DNA of 64,000 bases from IMG/VR virus record IMGVR_UViG_3300050122_000263, positions 434,001 through 498,000 of that record; one strand, 5' to 3'. How positions within the stretch are numbered: the stretch's first letter is position 1; each line of letters opens with the position of its first letter. Made by a program: the position numbers and the translations under genes. This document shows positions 30,804 through 40,358 of the stretch, piece after piece. The notes beneath the pieces are model-generated. The model saw only the letters and a program-made list of their open reading frames with translations, did no database searches and had not been told where the DNA came from.

Positions 30804-30828
30804 AAACACCTTACGTGGAGGTGTTTTT
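30802..30828. terminator. Bidirectional hairpin between convergent genes
   Basis: aaaaacacctt-acgtg-gaggtgttttt. Confidence 0.7.
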
Positions 30829-30858
30829 TGAAATTGTTGTTACAAGTTCTGTGGAGTG

Positions 30859-31821
30859 CTAGGGGTTGAGTTCCAACTTGATAGAACCGCCTGTCCTGTT
30901 ACTAAAACTGAGCAGCAGCTTGAACCCAATTTCTTGCTGTTCGAGCCCATCTTTCTGGACACACTCATGCATGATGTATTTCTGCTCATCCCGAGACCAG
31001 ACCGCATAATCGGCATCAACATAGCCCTCCATCTGGATCAGCTTATGGGTGACCAGGGGAGCCACTTTGGCCAAGGGTTCATGGTAGACTGGCAGATGAG
31101 TCTGGAAGTCATAGGAGACCATCTCTTGTAGGAAGATTTGGTTGGGAAACTTGAGTGAGGGTATAATCCTGAGAGTAAAGGGTAACTTACGCGTTACTGA
31201 TTGGTGTTCTCTGCGGATGATTGCGTAAGGTTGGCAGCGAAGTGAGGGGCCATCACTGTTAGGTTGATCCACAAAGAAGATCTTAAGTGTTGAGTCGAGC
31301 GGGAACCAGTTGCCCAGCAAAGCTTTGATATCAATCGCCTCTCTAGTCCACAGCTTAATTATGGGCGTTTTGACAGACCAATTTGGCTCTTCTGCTTTAC
31401 CTGTAAGACAAGGGATAATAGCCTTGAAGACAAAAGCTCCATATGGTGTCAATGCATACTCCTGGAAGAGTTTCCCCAGCAAGCGAGACATCTGATCATC
31501 TGAGAGAACAGCAACTGCAATACGCTCTCCCTTAATCTTCTCCTTCCACCAGAGCAAATCTCTGGAATCTTTGTCGTTCTTATTCTCCTTGCTAGAGACC
31601 TCTTCTATCTGGGTGATCCGTTTCGCTATTGCCTCCAGCTTGGCGTTACCGGCCTCTTGTAATAGAGTTAACTGTCTCAGCTGTTCCGAAGCTTCAGCAC
31701 TCTGCTTCTTAAGGGCTTGAACTTCCTGCGCTATTTGATCCAGCTTACTCAATAGGGTCTGCCTAGAGGAAGAGGCAGCCGTGAAAAAGCCAGTAATAGC
31801 TTCGTCAATTAATTCTTCCAT
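30859..31821 (-). CDS. Hypothetical protein with N-terminal coiled coil
   Basis: 320-aa ORF. Confidence 0.7.
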   Translation of the reverse strand: MEELIDEAITGFFTAASSSRQTLLSKLDQIAQEVQALKKQSAEASEQLRQLTLLQEAGNAKLEAIAKRITQIEEVSSKENKNDKDSRDLLWWKEKIKGERIAVAVLSDDQMSRLLGKLFQEYALTPYGAFVFKAIIPCLTGKAEEPNWSVKTPIIKLWTREAIDIKALLGNWFPLDSTLKIFFVDQPNSDGPSLRCQPYAIIRREHQSVTRKLPFTLRIIPSLKFPNQIFLQEMVSYDFQTHLPVYHEPLAKVAPLVTHKLIQMEGYVDADYAVWSRDEQKYIMHECVQKDGLEQQEIGFKLLLSFSNRTGGSIKLELNP

Positions 31822-31928
31822 ATCTGAATTGAGCTGTTCTGGTGGGGTGGCGGTTTAAGCTCGGAGTCACACTGATGGATTCCACACAATCAATCTCCGA
31901 TTCCGGTGGGATAGGGTAATATCTCAAG

Positions 31929-31952
31929 AAAATGCCTTGTATAAGGCATTTT
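31929..31952. terminator. Hairpin abutting the stop codon at 31953
   Basis: aaaatgcctt-gtat-aaggcatttt. Confidence 0.7.
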
Positions 31953-33188
31953 TTAATCATCTGACTCTTCCCCTCCTTTAGTCTGCCTATGCTTGTAGAC
32001 ACTATACTCAAATTCCAGGGGCATGTTATCTGCTGCTGCTCTATACTGCTCAGCAAAGATCTGGAAGCATTTGAGTACTGCCTCGCCCAACTCCGGATTC
32101 TCTATCTGCAGCCCTGTAATCTCATTTAAGAGTTGGCAGACTGCAGTCCGCTGTTCCTCTATCATGAACTCCTCCTGCTCAAGACATAGTCGTACCAATT
32201 CGGAGTGTATCCGTTCTACTGGAAGCCCCTTAATAGCCCCTTCCATCACTTGGATGGGATTATACGTGAAGGCCGGTGAGCTTCCCTTCAAAAACGATGT
32301 ATAATAGCAAGCCGCGTAACTATTTCTGTCGTGACAGACTGGGCAGCTCTTTCCCAAACACCCAACTGGTCGATACTTCCGTTTATAAGCGCAAAGATTG
32401 ACTCTGTGATGGCGCGCTTCACCCACACAGCTGAGAATACAACTCTCGCAGATAGCCAGATCAGTATGCTTCCTAATACAGAGGATAGCTTTACCGTTAC
32501 AAACTCTGTAATGTCCGTCTGTTACTATGACACTTTGGCATTTGGCTCGGGACTTCTGCGCTTTGCTGAGCTCTATATCATGTCTGAGATCAGCTTCACG
32601 TACATCATTTACTCCATAATAATATAGGCTTGAGTCAAGCTTCTCCTTGTCGGTGAGAGATATCAGTTTATCTCCTTCTACCCTGCCCAGTGCAATAAGA
32701 TCAAGGAAACGGTGTGAATCGAAGAATACGATGTTTGAGCTGATTATGCGGTACAATCTATGATTGTATTGTGTACCGTGCAGCATGATCTCAACTTTCC
32801 CTCGTTTGCCTTTCATATGGTAGACCTTGTGTGGCTCGACCGCCGCATGAATGAAATCAATCTTTTCCAATAGAAGTGGATCTTTCTTAGCTGGGACTTG
32901 TTTGGCTGGGCTCTGTTGTTTCGGTTCTTCTTTGGCCTTTACAACGACGGGAGGATCTTCTCGCTTCTTAAACGGAACGGCTGGTATTTTCCAGGCCGTC
33001 TTCTTGGCTACTTCTACCTTGGTTGATTCAATCTTGTTGTCCAGAGCGGATGGGAAACACTCAGTGCAGTACCACTTAGTTCGCTTCTTCTTGCCCATGC
33101 GACAGTTAGCGGGTTTGTTGCAGATCTTGTCCTGAACCTGTCGTTGACAACGATGTTCCATCCGCTTTATCTTTGTGTTAGTTGGCAA
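31953..33188 (-). CDS. Zn-ribbon-containing hypothetical protein with one copy of the shared ~40-aa module
   Basis: 411 aa (TTG start; MEHRCQ is a likelier start); Cys clusters; IALGRVEGDKLISLTDKEK. Confidence 0.7.
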   Translation of the reverse strand: MPTNTKIKRMEHRCQRQVQDKICNKPANCRMGKKKRTKWYCTECFPSALDNKIESTKVEVAKKTAWKIPAVPFKKREDPPVVVKAKEEPKQQSPAKQVPAKKDPLLLEKIDFIHAAVEPHKVYHMKGKRGKVEIMLHGTQYNHRLYRIISSNIVFFDSHRFLDLIALGRVEGDKLISLTDKEKLDSSLYYYGVNDVREADLRHDIELSKAQKSRAKCQSVIVTDGHYRVCNGKAILCIRKHTDLAICESCILSCVGEARHHRVNLCAYKRKYRPVGCLGKSCPVCHDRNSYAACYYTSFLKGSSPAFTYNPIQVMEGAIKGLPVERIHSELVRLCLEQEEFMIEEQRTAVCQLLNEITGLQIENPELGEAVLKCFQIFAEQYRAAADNMPLEFEYSVYKHRQTKGGEESDD

Positions 33189-33326
33189 GAGTGGGAAACA
33201 ATTCTAAACTATTCCTGACAGATTGTTGGTTAAATGGGGCTTACCTGAGCAAATAGATCACTGTAACTAAATAATCTGAATTATCACATCAATAACTATG
33301 ATACCATGATGTATCACTACTTCTGG

Positions 33327-33352
33327 AAAAATCCCTAAACTCAGGGATTTTT
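33327..33352. terminator. Hairpin (AAAAATCCCT family)
   Basis: aaaaatccct-aaactc-agggattttt. Confidence 0.75.
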
Positions 33353-33361
33353 TAACTCTGT

Positions 33362-34153
33362 CTATGGATTCTGTTGAACTGGATCCCGTGCACCAAGCTG
33401 CAGGCCCATTCCCACTGCGATGGCTTGTTCAGCAGCAGTAAGAGGTAGTTCAATTCCTGCCTCCTCACGAGCAAATACATAAATAGCTCCGTTCTCCTGA
33501 TAGATGAGAAAATTGCGTTGAATCTCTCTATAAACCGGGTTGCCACGTACCTCTGGATGTTGAGTCGACCTGACATGTAGGCGAACAGCACCATTGTCTG
33601 CGGGTGCGTGTGCTACAGCTTCAGCGGTGCGAATATCGACATCGGCTTGGGCGATCACGGCTGCAGCTTGATTATCTTCATCTGCCTCAGCCTCGGCCAT
33701 AGCGTCCTGATCCACAGTGGTATTGATTAAGATCTCTCTCACCTGTTGAAAGTAGCGCTGCCAATCTATCTCAGCCTCGTCGATGAAGGGTTGGCGTTGT
33801 TCCTGCGTCATCTGGCCCCATTCCTCTCCTATCGTGAGCAGTTCCTCCACTGGATCATATGGAGGTTCTTCAGCCATAAATTGAGCTATACGGCCTTTAG
33901 CGTAGTAGGAGACAGCCGGCTTGGGCTTAGGAAGATCAAAGGCGTGGATATCTTCGATCGTTCCTCTCACCATTTCAGCTTGATCCTTGGCATCAAGCTC
34001 AAAGACCATGCGAGCTCCAACTAAGTTCCTATGGGCATAGCAGAAGAACCGAATATTAGGCGCCTCATTGTGAGTCACGCAGAATAAGGCAGTGACATGA
34101 CATCCCTCAGCTTGGCAGATGATTTCTCCACTTGGTGTGATTGTTTGCTCCAT
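33362..34153 (-). CDS. Zn-finger + HMG-box-like protein with C-terminal shared module; tandem paralog of 34412
   Basis: CQAEGCHVTALFCVTH...CYAH; KPKPAVSYYAK...ELLTIGEEWGQMTQEQRQPFIDEAEIDWQRY fits the HMG-box helix pattern. Confidence 0.7.
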   Translation of the reverse strand: MEQTITPSGEIICQAEGCHVTALFCVTHNEAPNIRFFCYAHRNLVGARMVFELDAKDQAEMVRGTIEDIHAFDLPKPKPAVSYYAKGRIAQFMAEEPPYDPVEELLTIGEEWGQMTQEQRQPFIDEAEIDWQRYFQQVREILINTTVDQDAMAEAEADEDNQAAAVIAQADVDIRTAEAVAHAPADNGAVRLHVRSTQHPEVRGNPVYREIQRNFLIYQENGAIYVFAREEAGIELPLTAAEQAIAVGMGLQLGARDPVQQNP

Positions 34154-34257
34154 ACTCTAGTGTTGGCCTTGTTTAGGCTTAAACATTATGAATGTGATGG
34201 AGTTCAATCTCACTCTACTTGTTAAATTTCGCCCTCTCAGAGTGGGGCTACAAGCAG

Positions 34258-34282
34258 AAAATCTCTTATGGTAAGAGATTTT
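34258..34282. terminator. Intergenic hairpin
   Basis: aaaatctctta-tgg-taagagatttt. Confidence 0.6.
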
Positions 34283-34332
34283 CATTAATCTGCCTTCTTA
34301 ATGCTCAATCAAGAGCAGATGGCTACTCCTAC

Positions 34333-34356
34333 AAAAATCTCTAACTAGGGATTTTT
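34333..34356. terminator. Hairpin downstream of 34412..34972
   Basis: aaaaatctcta-ac-tagggattttt. Confidence 0.65.
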
Positions 34357-34411
34357 TACTACAATGCTACTGAGTTGGATCTAACACATCCTTAATTGCT
34401 CGGTGTCAACC

Positions 34412-34972
34412 TCAGTAGTCAGCATCGACTTGATGCTGGGCTTTCTCAGCTCCTGCTTCCTCAAGTAACTGCGCGTCTATTTCTTCACGTATCGCCTTAA
34501 ATAGCTTCTCTTCCACTTCCTTATCCACCTTAACTAAGGGATGAACCAAAACATCCTTTACCTGGTGAACGTAATGGTGGTACTCTACTCCATCTTCATA
34601 AAAGAAAGGTTGACGTTGATGCTCATTCATTTGAGCCCATTCCTTCCCTATCTCAAGAAAATCTCGTGAAAAATTATACACAATATCCCTAGGATGCTTA
34701 TCCCTAAGCTGAGTCATACGGAACTTGGCATAACAAACGATAGATGGATTGCGCGTTCCAAGAAGATATAAGTTCCTGAGCTCTCCTCTTGCCATTTCAA
34801 CAAATGTGATCTCAAACCGAGCGTCCATGTTGCTAAAAAACGCACCCAAATGAGATTGGCAATAGAAACGAATATTGGGTGCATCATTGTGAGTCACACA
34901 GAAGAGGGAGGAAGTGCTACATCCTTCAATTTGACAGGTAATCTCTTCACCTAATGCTAAAGTCTGGTCCAT
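34412..34972 (-). CDS. Zn-finger + HMG-box-like protein; tandem paralog of 33362
   Basis: CQIEGCSTSSLFCVTHNDAPNIRFYCQSH; FLEIGKEWAQMNEHQRQPF. Confidence 0.7.
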   Translation of the reverse strand: MDQTLALGEEITCQIEGCSTSSLFCVTHNDAPNIRFYCQSHLGAFFSNMDARFEITFVEMARGELRNLYLLGTRNPSIVCYAKFRMTQLRDKHPRDIVYNFSRDFLEIGKEWAQMNEHQRQPFFYEDGVEYHHYVHQVKDVLVHPLVKVDKEVEEKLFKAIREEIDAQLLEEAGAEKAQHQVDADY

Positions 34973-35141
34973 GCTCTGGTGTTGGCCTTGTTTAGACCTG
35001 TATTATAACAGAAGGTGAAAATTCAATCTCTGGTTCTTGCTGATAGAACACTCAGACAAATCAAGCAGATTTAAGTCACAAGATTCAAGACCGATCTGCC
35101 ATCTTTTATCAATGTGATTGCAATAAAGCGGGCTAAATAGA

Positions 35142-36284
35142 ATGTGGCAAGCTGTTCAAACTCCAACTCGTGAAGGCCTGGCCGTAATGACCGTTGTACA
35201 GATTAAGGAGATTGCTAAGCAGTACCAAATACAAGCCCCAAGTAAGCTGAAGAAAGCGGAGCTCATTCAATATATCTTGGGTAAGCTGCAGGAGCGAAAC
35301 ACAGGCACAGTTCGGGGTGAGAACCTCCCTGTGCGCTATGACGAGCTTGTGCCAGTTTACATGGATTTGTCAGAGTATCAGAAATACGCCTCAGAAGAAC
35401 AACCGGCATGGCTCATCCATCTACATCTCCATGGTTACGCAACCGTACCAATAGCTGGTCTAGATGTGGCCTGGGCTCAGAGCAAGTTCTTTGACTTCCT
35501 AGAGTTGTGTTCTGCCAACTTCAAACGCCAGGATCCAACTACCTGGACCAGACATAATCTGCCACCCTTGTTACATGGCATCTTGAAGCATTATTGTGGT
35601 CACACAGAATTACAATGGGTGGTGAGGGAGTTATGTACCCCCATCTTCGCCAAAATCTGGAAGGTGGCGGAGCGTGATCTTCTCAGCTCCTTCGATGGTA
35701 TCAGCTTCCGTCCCCCTGATCTTAAACAAGCTGTTTGGAAGTCATGGCTACATAATGATCAGCATCGCAATGAGCACGGTTTCTGTTGTGTGCAAGGAGT
35801 AGCCACCCTCATGGAATGCGGCGCGCAGGATGGTGGTTTGGTTGTGTTAGAGGGGTCCCATCACGTGTTTGAAGAATATATGGCCAGACACCCTTGCGAC
35901 AACCTCAACTTTACCAAGGCGGATCTCAATGATCCAGCCCTACAAGGCCGTAGACGCTTGAAGATCTGTGCTCCAGCTGGCAGCATTCTACTCTGGAGAT
36001 CAGACATGATGCATGAGTCTAGCTGTCCTCAAGGCCAAATACCCAGGATGGGCCTCTATATGTGCCAACAACCAAGGCGAGGAGCAGACCAAATCACGCT
36101 CAATAAGAGGATAGAAGCTTATCAGAAAGGCAGAGTCAGCTCTCATTCCTGTTATGGGCCTTGGTTCAGCATCAATCCTGAGCATCCTCGCACATGGGGC
36201 TCGGAGGTGAACACTCCCACAGTCATTGAGATTGCAATGGTGCAACCTGGCTCACTGAGAGCTCGCCTGATCGGCTATGATTAA
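35142..36284 (+). CDS. Fe(II)/2-oxoglutarate dioxygenase (PhyH-like) with N-terminal Rho-N/SAP-like helical domain
   Basis: WLHNDQ (HxD), CVQG, GGLVVLEGSH, AGSILLWRSDMMHES and R in PRMGLY; N-terminal MTVVQIKEIAKQYQI...KLKKAELIQYI. Confidence 0.82.
   Translation: MWQAVQTPTREGLAVMTVVQIKEIAKQYQIQAPSKLKKAELIQYILGKLQERNTGTVRGENLPVRYDELVPVYMDLSEYQKYASEEQPAWLIHLHLHGYATVPIAGLDVAWAQSKFFDFLELCSANFKRQDPTTWTRHNLPPLLHGILKHYCGHTELQWVVRELCTPIFAKIWKVAERDLLSSFDGISFRPPDLKQAVWKSWLHNDQHRNEHGFCCVQGVATLMECGAQDGGLVVLEGSHHVFEEYMARHPCDNLNFTKADLNDPALQGRRRLKICAPAGSILLWRSDMMHESSCPQGQIPRMGLYMCQQPRRGADQITLNKRIEAYQKGRVSSHSCYGPWFSINPEHPRTWGSEVNTPTVIEIAMVQPGSLRARLIGYD
36225..36284 (+). repeat. 60-bp direct repeat, copy 1 (3' end of the dioxygenase)
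   Basis: 52/60 identical to 37132-37191. Confidence 0.9.
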
Positions 36285-36288
36285 AAAA

Positions 36289-36312
36289 TTGTAGATATTT
36301 AAATATCTACAA
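36289..36312. terminator. Perfect 24-bp palindrome after the dioxygenase stop
   Basis: ttgtagatatttaaatatctacaa. Confidence 0.75.
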
Positions 36313-36327
36313 CTTCAGAAATCGCAA

Positions 36328-37047
36328 ATGGAAGGAAGCCGTCATCGTCACGGTAAACATCGCAAGCGTCACGGAAAGACTATTAAGGCTCGCAAGGTTG
36401 TATGTGACAAGTTGATTGTTGATGAGCTCTGGATTGATGGTGAGGCTATGGATATCAGAGAATTAAGAGAGAAACTGTTATTCCGTCATATTCGCTTGTT
36501 GCCCGGACTGAACCACGTTAGACAAATATCTAATTTCCTACCAGTCATCCCGGCAGGTACTAGTGCCCAAGGGGGAGGTGGATTGTCTTTTCCGGTTGCG
36601 ATGATCAACTCAAGTGGAACCCGCGTTCCATTACGGGAGGCGAAGGCAACTTTCAATTATTCAGCACCAGGAAATAAGCAATACTATGCAGTACTGGTCA
36701 TCCCAACCAGTTCCAGCTATCCCGACGGAGCGTTCATCGATCTAACCAACAAATCTGTTACTTCTGCTGATCAAGTGACACAGGCTGATGTATCGAAGTT
36801 TTATCTGTATGATAGTGGAGTGACACAATCTACAAGTCAACCTATTGATGTGACCCTGTCCGCAGATGAGGGACAATATCTACTGGATCTCTCCGATGTG
36901 ACCCCACCTCCAGGAGTTATTATTGCTTCTGGATCGATTCAACCTACCTCTGGCGGCGTCTACCTTGTATTCGTAGCTGCTAGTACTGGCACTGATCCTA
37001 TCTCTGGTAACTTTAGTGCTAGTAATGTGAATTATACATATCAGTAA
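36328..37047 (+). CDS. Hypothetical protein with His/Arg/Lys-rich leader and beta-rich C-terminal domain
   Basis: 239 aa; MEGSRHRHGKHRKRHGK leader. Confidence 0.75.
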   Translation: MEGSRHRHGKHRKRHGKTIKARKVVCDKLIVDELWIDGEAMDIRELREKLLFRHIRLLPGLNHVRQISNFLPVIPAGTSAQGGGGLSFPVAMINSSGTRVPLREAKATFNYSAPGNKQYYAVLVIPTSSSYPDGAFIDLTNKSVTSADQVTQADVSKFYLYDSGVTQSTSQPIDVTLSADEGQYLLDLSDVTPPPGVIIASGSIQPTSGGVYLVFVAASTGTDPISGNFSASNVNYTYQ

Positions 37048-37086
37048 ACTTAACAGAAAAGCGATAGTAGTATTGAGAATATAAAG

Positions 37087-37113
37087 GATCATCTCATAAC
37101 CGATGAGATGATC
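37087..37113. terminator. Hairpin downstream of 36328..37047
   Basis: gatcatctcat-aaccg-atgagatgatc. Confidence 0.7.
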
Positions 37114-37131
37114 TAAAATATGCCGCTCATG

Positions 37132-37191
37132 ATTGAGCTTGCATAGGTATAAGCTGGCTCGTTGAGAGCTCGCCTGATCGGCTATGATTAA
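37132..37191 (+). pseudogene. Decayed duplicate of the last 20 codons of the dioxygenase (direct repeat copy 2)
   Basis: Translates as IELA*V*AGSLRARLIGYD* vs IEIAMVQPGSLRARLIGYD*. Confidence 0.85.
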
Positions 37192-37214
37192 AAACACCTC
37201 ATATGAGGTATTTT
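37191..37214. terminator. Hairpin sharing a 19-bp core with 40921-40948
   Basis: aaaacacctcatatgaggtatttt. Confidence 0.7.
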
Positions 37215-37328
37215 GTGAGTAGGAGCTTCAAACCAAGTCCAGAGCACATAATTCTAATATATTCTAGTTATAAGCAATGACCCCCGCTGACGGTGTTGTT
37301 AAGTTTTCCAGAAAAATCTCTATGCTAA

Positions 37329-40229
37329 ATGAAGGGCAAGAAGTGTCAATGCGACAAACGCACTGAGAAGCTGAAGAAGCTGAGCAAAACCAAGACTGTC
37401 AAGCCTGCGCCTAAGACCAAGGAGCCTAAGGCTGCAGCCAAGACGGAGCAAGTCAAGAAGTGCTCCACCCAGGCTCCAGCCAAAACAGTGGTCAAGTGCA
37501 AACATGGCAAGAAGCATCAGCCCAAAGAGGTTGAGGCCACCTTAACATCTGATCTCTTGGTCAATAACACCGTCTTTGTTGATACTCAGTTCGGCAGCAA
37601 TGTGACCGGCATCCGAGAGGATGAGTCGAGACCAGTACAGACCATAGCCCAGGCTGTCTCTATCGCTATTGCTGGGGATACCATTTATGTACAACCAGGT
37701 GACTACAATGAGAGCGGCTTTGTCCTCAAGGATGGAGTGAATTACTATTTCACTGAAGGTGCCAGTGTGATTGGAGCTTCAGGCTCAGTCTTCACAGACA
37801 CAGGTGCTGCTGCGCCAGTCACAGTCACTATCACTGGCTATGGCCGTTTCAGCTCTTCCGATGGACCCATCCTGTCACTGAGTCAAGCCTCTACAGTGAC
37901 CCTGCAGGGAGATTCATTCAGCGCCACTGGCAGCCCCGCATTGATTGAGATAACTTCCGCCTCAACAGCCACTCTCAACGTAAAGAGCACTTCCCTAACT
38001 GCTACTGGAACTACTCAGCTCTTACGCATCACTGGAGCTGCAAACATCACTGCCCAGCTGGGCAAGCTCAGCGCTGAATCTCAACATATCTTCATTTCCG
38101 ACACTGCTTCTGGGCGGGCCAATGTACAAGCCAACTCCATCAGTGGTGGTCAGGATGACGTGGCTGGAGCAGGCGCTATCTTCGTAGCTAGCAATGATTT
38201 TGTCTTGTCGGTCAGTGCCCAGACCTTTGAGCCGGTCACTACCACTCATGCTATTCAAGTGCTGGTGGCAGCTACAGCCCCAAATAACACTCGCTGCCAG
38301 TTCAACTTCCAATACGTGAAAGTGGCAGGAGGAGTGCTCCGGGTGGCTGGATCCAGCTCGGCAGCTCGCAGCCAGTCTGCCACTCAACCTGCCGCGCAGT
38401 CCCTCATGCCTGTTACCCAGTGCCGCAACCGATCTCTCACCCAGTTTCCCGCCCCCACTAGCCAACTTCTCAACCAGCTCTCCAGCCAGTTCAAAACACA
38501 AGGTGTGCCTCATACAGCTGAGGTTGGTGTGTCATCGCTTCTTGACCAACCCCGCGTGAACCTCAATGTTCATAGGCTGCTTTCCAGTTCTCCAGATGTG
38601 TCTGCTTTCGACCTAGCCAGTAGCATAGTTAATCTCAACCTGGATTTCTTTTTCTACGAGTTGGGTGATGACACATATGCCTTCGTCTTTGCTGAGGGTG
38701 TCCTTGTGGCACTCAATTGTCAGCAGCTCGGCGCTTCAGCCGGGGGAGCCTCCCCAGGTATGTTTCGCGTGATTGGATCCACTGATCCCAGTGCACCCAC
38801 CATGGCAAGGCTGCAGTCCAATCTGATCTTCTCACCAGGTACCATGCTGCACGAGACAGACGATAATCTTAACGTTACTCTGAGGACAGAGCAAATGGTT
38901 ATTGTGGTGCCGCCAGGGGTTTCTGCAGCCATAATCAATGGACAGAACTTGTTAACCATCGACATGCTGGTGATCTACCCTAATGGTGATCCATTTGTGG
39001 GTTCACCAGTTCCAGTCTTCGATATCAGCAACACCTATGCGATTCTGCAAATCGGTGTGATGCTGTACAACATCAGCAACAGTATTGGCATACGTTCTCG
39101 CAACTCTTCTGTCACCTACGCTGGCTCCCGTATTGAAGCTGGGGCTACTGATACACTGATCTTTGATGTAGGTGGTGAGTTGAATCTGCGCCTAGACAGT
39201 ATCGGCGCTTATGCAGGTGGTAACGTCATCTCGGTCAGTGAGGTTGGCTCAGCTAATGTCAACATCAACAACATCTACGTGGGAGGCAGTGGCTACGGCA
39301 TCCTGCTTAATGGAGGCGAGAGCTCAGGCGGTCATCTAAATGGATTTATCTCCATCCTGGGCACTACCCTGGGCCCAGCCATCAGGAGTACCAGTCAAGG
39401 CATTATCCATCTCCTTTTCAACACCATTGAGACTCAGGGTGGCGATGGCATGGGTGGTTTTGGAGGAATCTGTATTGACCTGCCTGGTAAGGGTGACACT
39501 TATCTCATTGGTAGTCGCATCAATCTTAATTATTGCCAGACCGGCATTACTGTTGGAGATCCTTTGGCGGAGGGAGATGGAGCTCTTCTCACATTGAGAG
39601 TGGGTGATATCTACTCCAATTTGGCGGAAGACATTATCCGTATTAACGCACCAGGTGGCGGGGCTGTGCTGGACTTCCAGACTGTGCGCAGTAATACCGT
39701 GACACACGCTGGCATCTGGGCTAGTGCTGGCTCGGTTGAGATTACGGGAGGCACACTACAGGTCAAATCCTTCGTGACTGATATCTACCCTACTGGTATT
39801 CTGGTGGATGGCGTTACTCACTTCAACGCCAACATAGGTTCAGTGCTAGTCACTGGTCCTGCTATCTACGTGAGCACTGATAACCAGTTCTGGTATAAAG
39901 CGGTGCGTACTGAGGTGGAAGGCCCCGCCAACCACAACGTCATTACTGTGGAGGCACAAAATGAATACGCCCAATACACCTTCGGTGGCTACATGAGGAC
40001 CAATGGGCCCAATACAGTGGAAATAGTTGGAGCTTTCACCGCCAACTTGAGATTCTCAGGCTCTACCTTCGTCTCTGATTCTAGTGGTGGATACAGCATT
40101 CTCAACAGCACGGCCAACTCAGCTAGGGCTACCATCCAGCAGTCCATCGCAACCAACGATGTCAGCTCAAACGTCAATATTGTGCCCAATACATCCATCG
40201 TGCTAGTGGTAGACTCCCAGGTCTCCTGA
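37329..40229 (+). CDS. Large right-handed beta-helix (pectate-lyase-like) surface protein with Lys-rich leader
   Basis: VFVDTQFG...PVQTIAQAV...GDTIYVQPGDYNE is the typical start of a beta-helix domain; long G/S/N/I-rich beta repeats; 966 aa. Confidence 0.78.
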   Translation: MKGKKCQCDKRTEKLKKLSKTKTVKPAPKTKEPKAAAKTEQVKKCSTQAPAKTVVKCKHGKKHQPKEVEATLTSDLLVNNTVFVDTQFGSNVTGIREDESRPVQTIAQAVSIAIAGDTIYVQPGDYNESGFVLKDGVNYYFTEGASVIGASGSVFTDTGAAAPVTVTITGYGRFSSSDGPILSLSQASTVTLQGDSFSATGSPALIEITSASTATLNVKSTSLTATGTTQLLRITGAANITAQLGKLSAESQHIFISDTASGRANVQANSISGGQDDVAGAGAIFVASNDFVLSVSAQTFEPVTTTHAIQVLVAATAPNNTRCQFNFQYVKVAGGVLRVAGSSSAARSQSATQPAAQSLMPVTQCRNRSLTQFPAPTSQLLNQLSSQFKTQGVPHTAEVGVSSLLDQPRVNLNVHRLLSSSPDVSAFDLASSIVNLNLDFFFYELGDDTYAFVFAEGVLVALNCQQLGASAGGASPGMFRVIGSTDPSAPTMARLQSNLIFSPGTMLHETDDNLNVTLRTEQMVIVVPPGVSAAIINGQNLLTIDMLVIYPNGDPFVGSPVPVFDISNTYAILQIGVMLYNISNSIGIRSRNSSVTYAGSRIEAGATDTLIFDVGGELNLRLDSIGAYAGGNVISVSEVGSANVNINNIYVGGSGYGILLNGGESSGGHLNGFISILGTTLGPAIRSTSQGIIHLLFNTIETQGGDGMGGFGGICIDLPGKGDTYLIGSRINLNYCQTGITVGDPLAEGDGALLTLRVGDIYSNLAEDIIRINAPGGGAVLDFQTVRSNTVTHAGIWASAGSVEITGGTLQVKSFVTDIYPTGILVDGVTHFNANIGSVLVTGPAIYVSTDNQFWYKAVRTEVEGPANHNVITVEAQNEYAQYTFGGYMRTNGPNTVEIVGAFTANLRFSGSTFVSDSSGGYSILNSTANSARATIQQSIATNDVSSNVNIVPNTSIVLVVDSQVS

Positions 40230-40253
40230 GCTCCAGTTTGAGCTCTGAATAAG

Positions 40254-40275
40254 AGATATCTCATGCAAGATATCT
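40254..40275. terminator. Hairpin downstream of the beta-helix gene
   Basis: agatatct-catgca-agatatct. Confidence 0.55.
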
Positions 40276-40358
40276 TCACGTATCGGAGCCTTATAAGACT
40301 CGTCATGATAAATCAACATCACCAGTCAACAGCTCAAATTTGTTTTAAGGTGTGAGCT

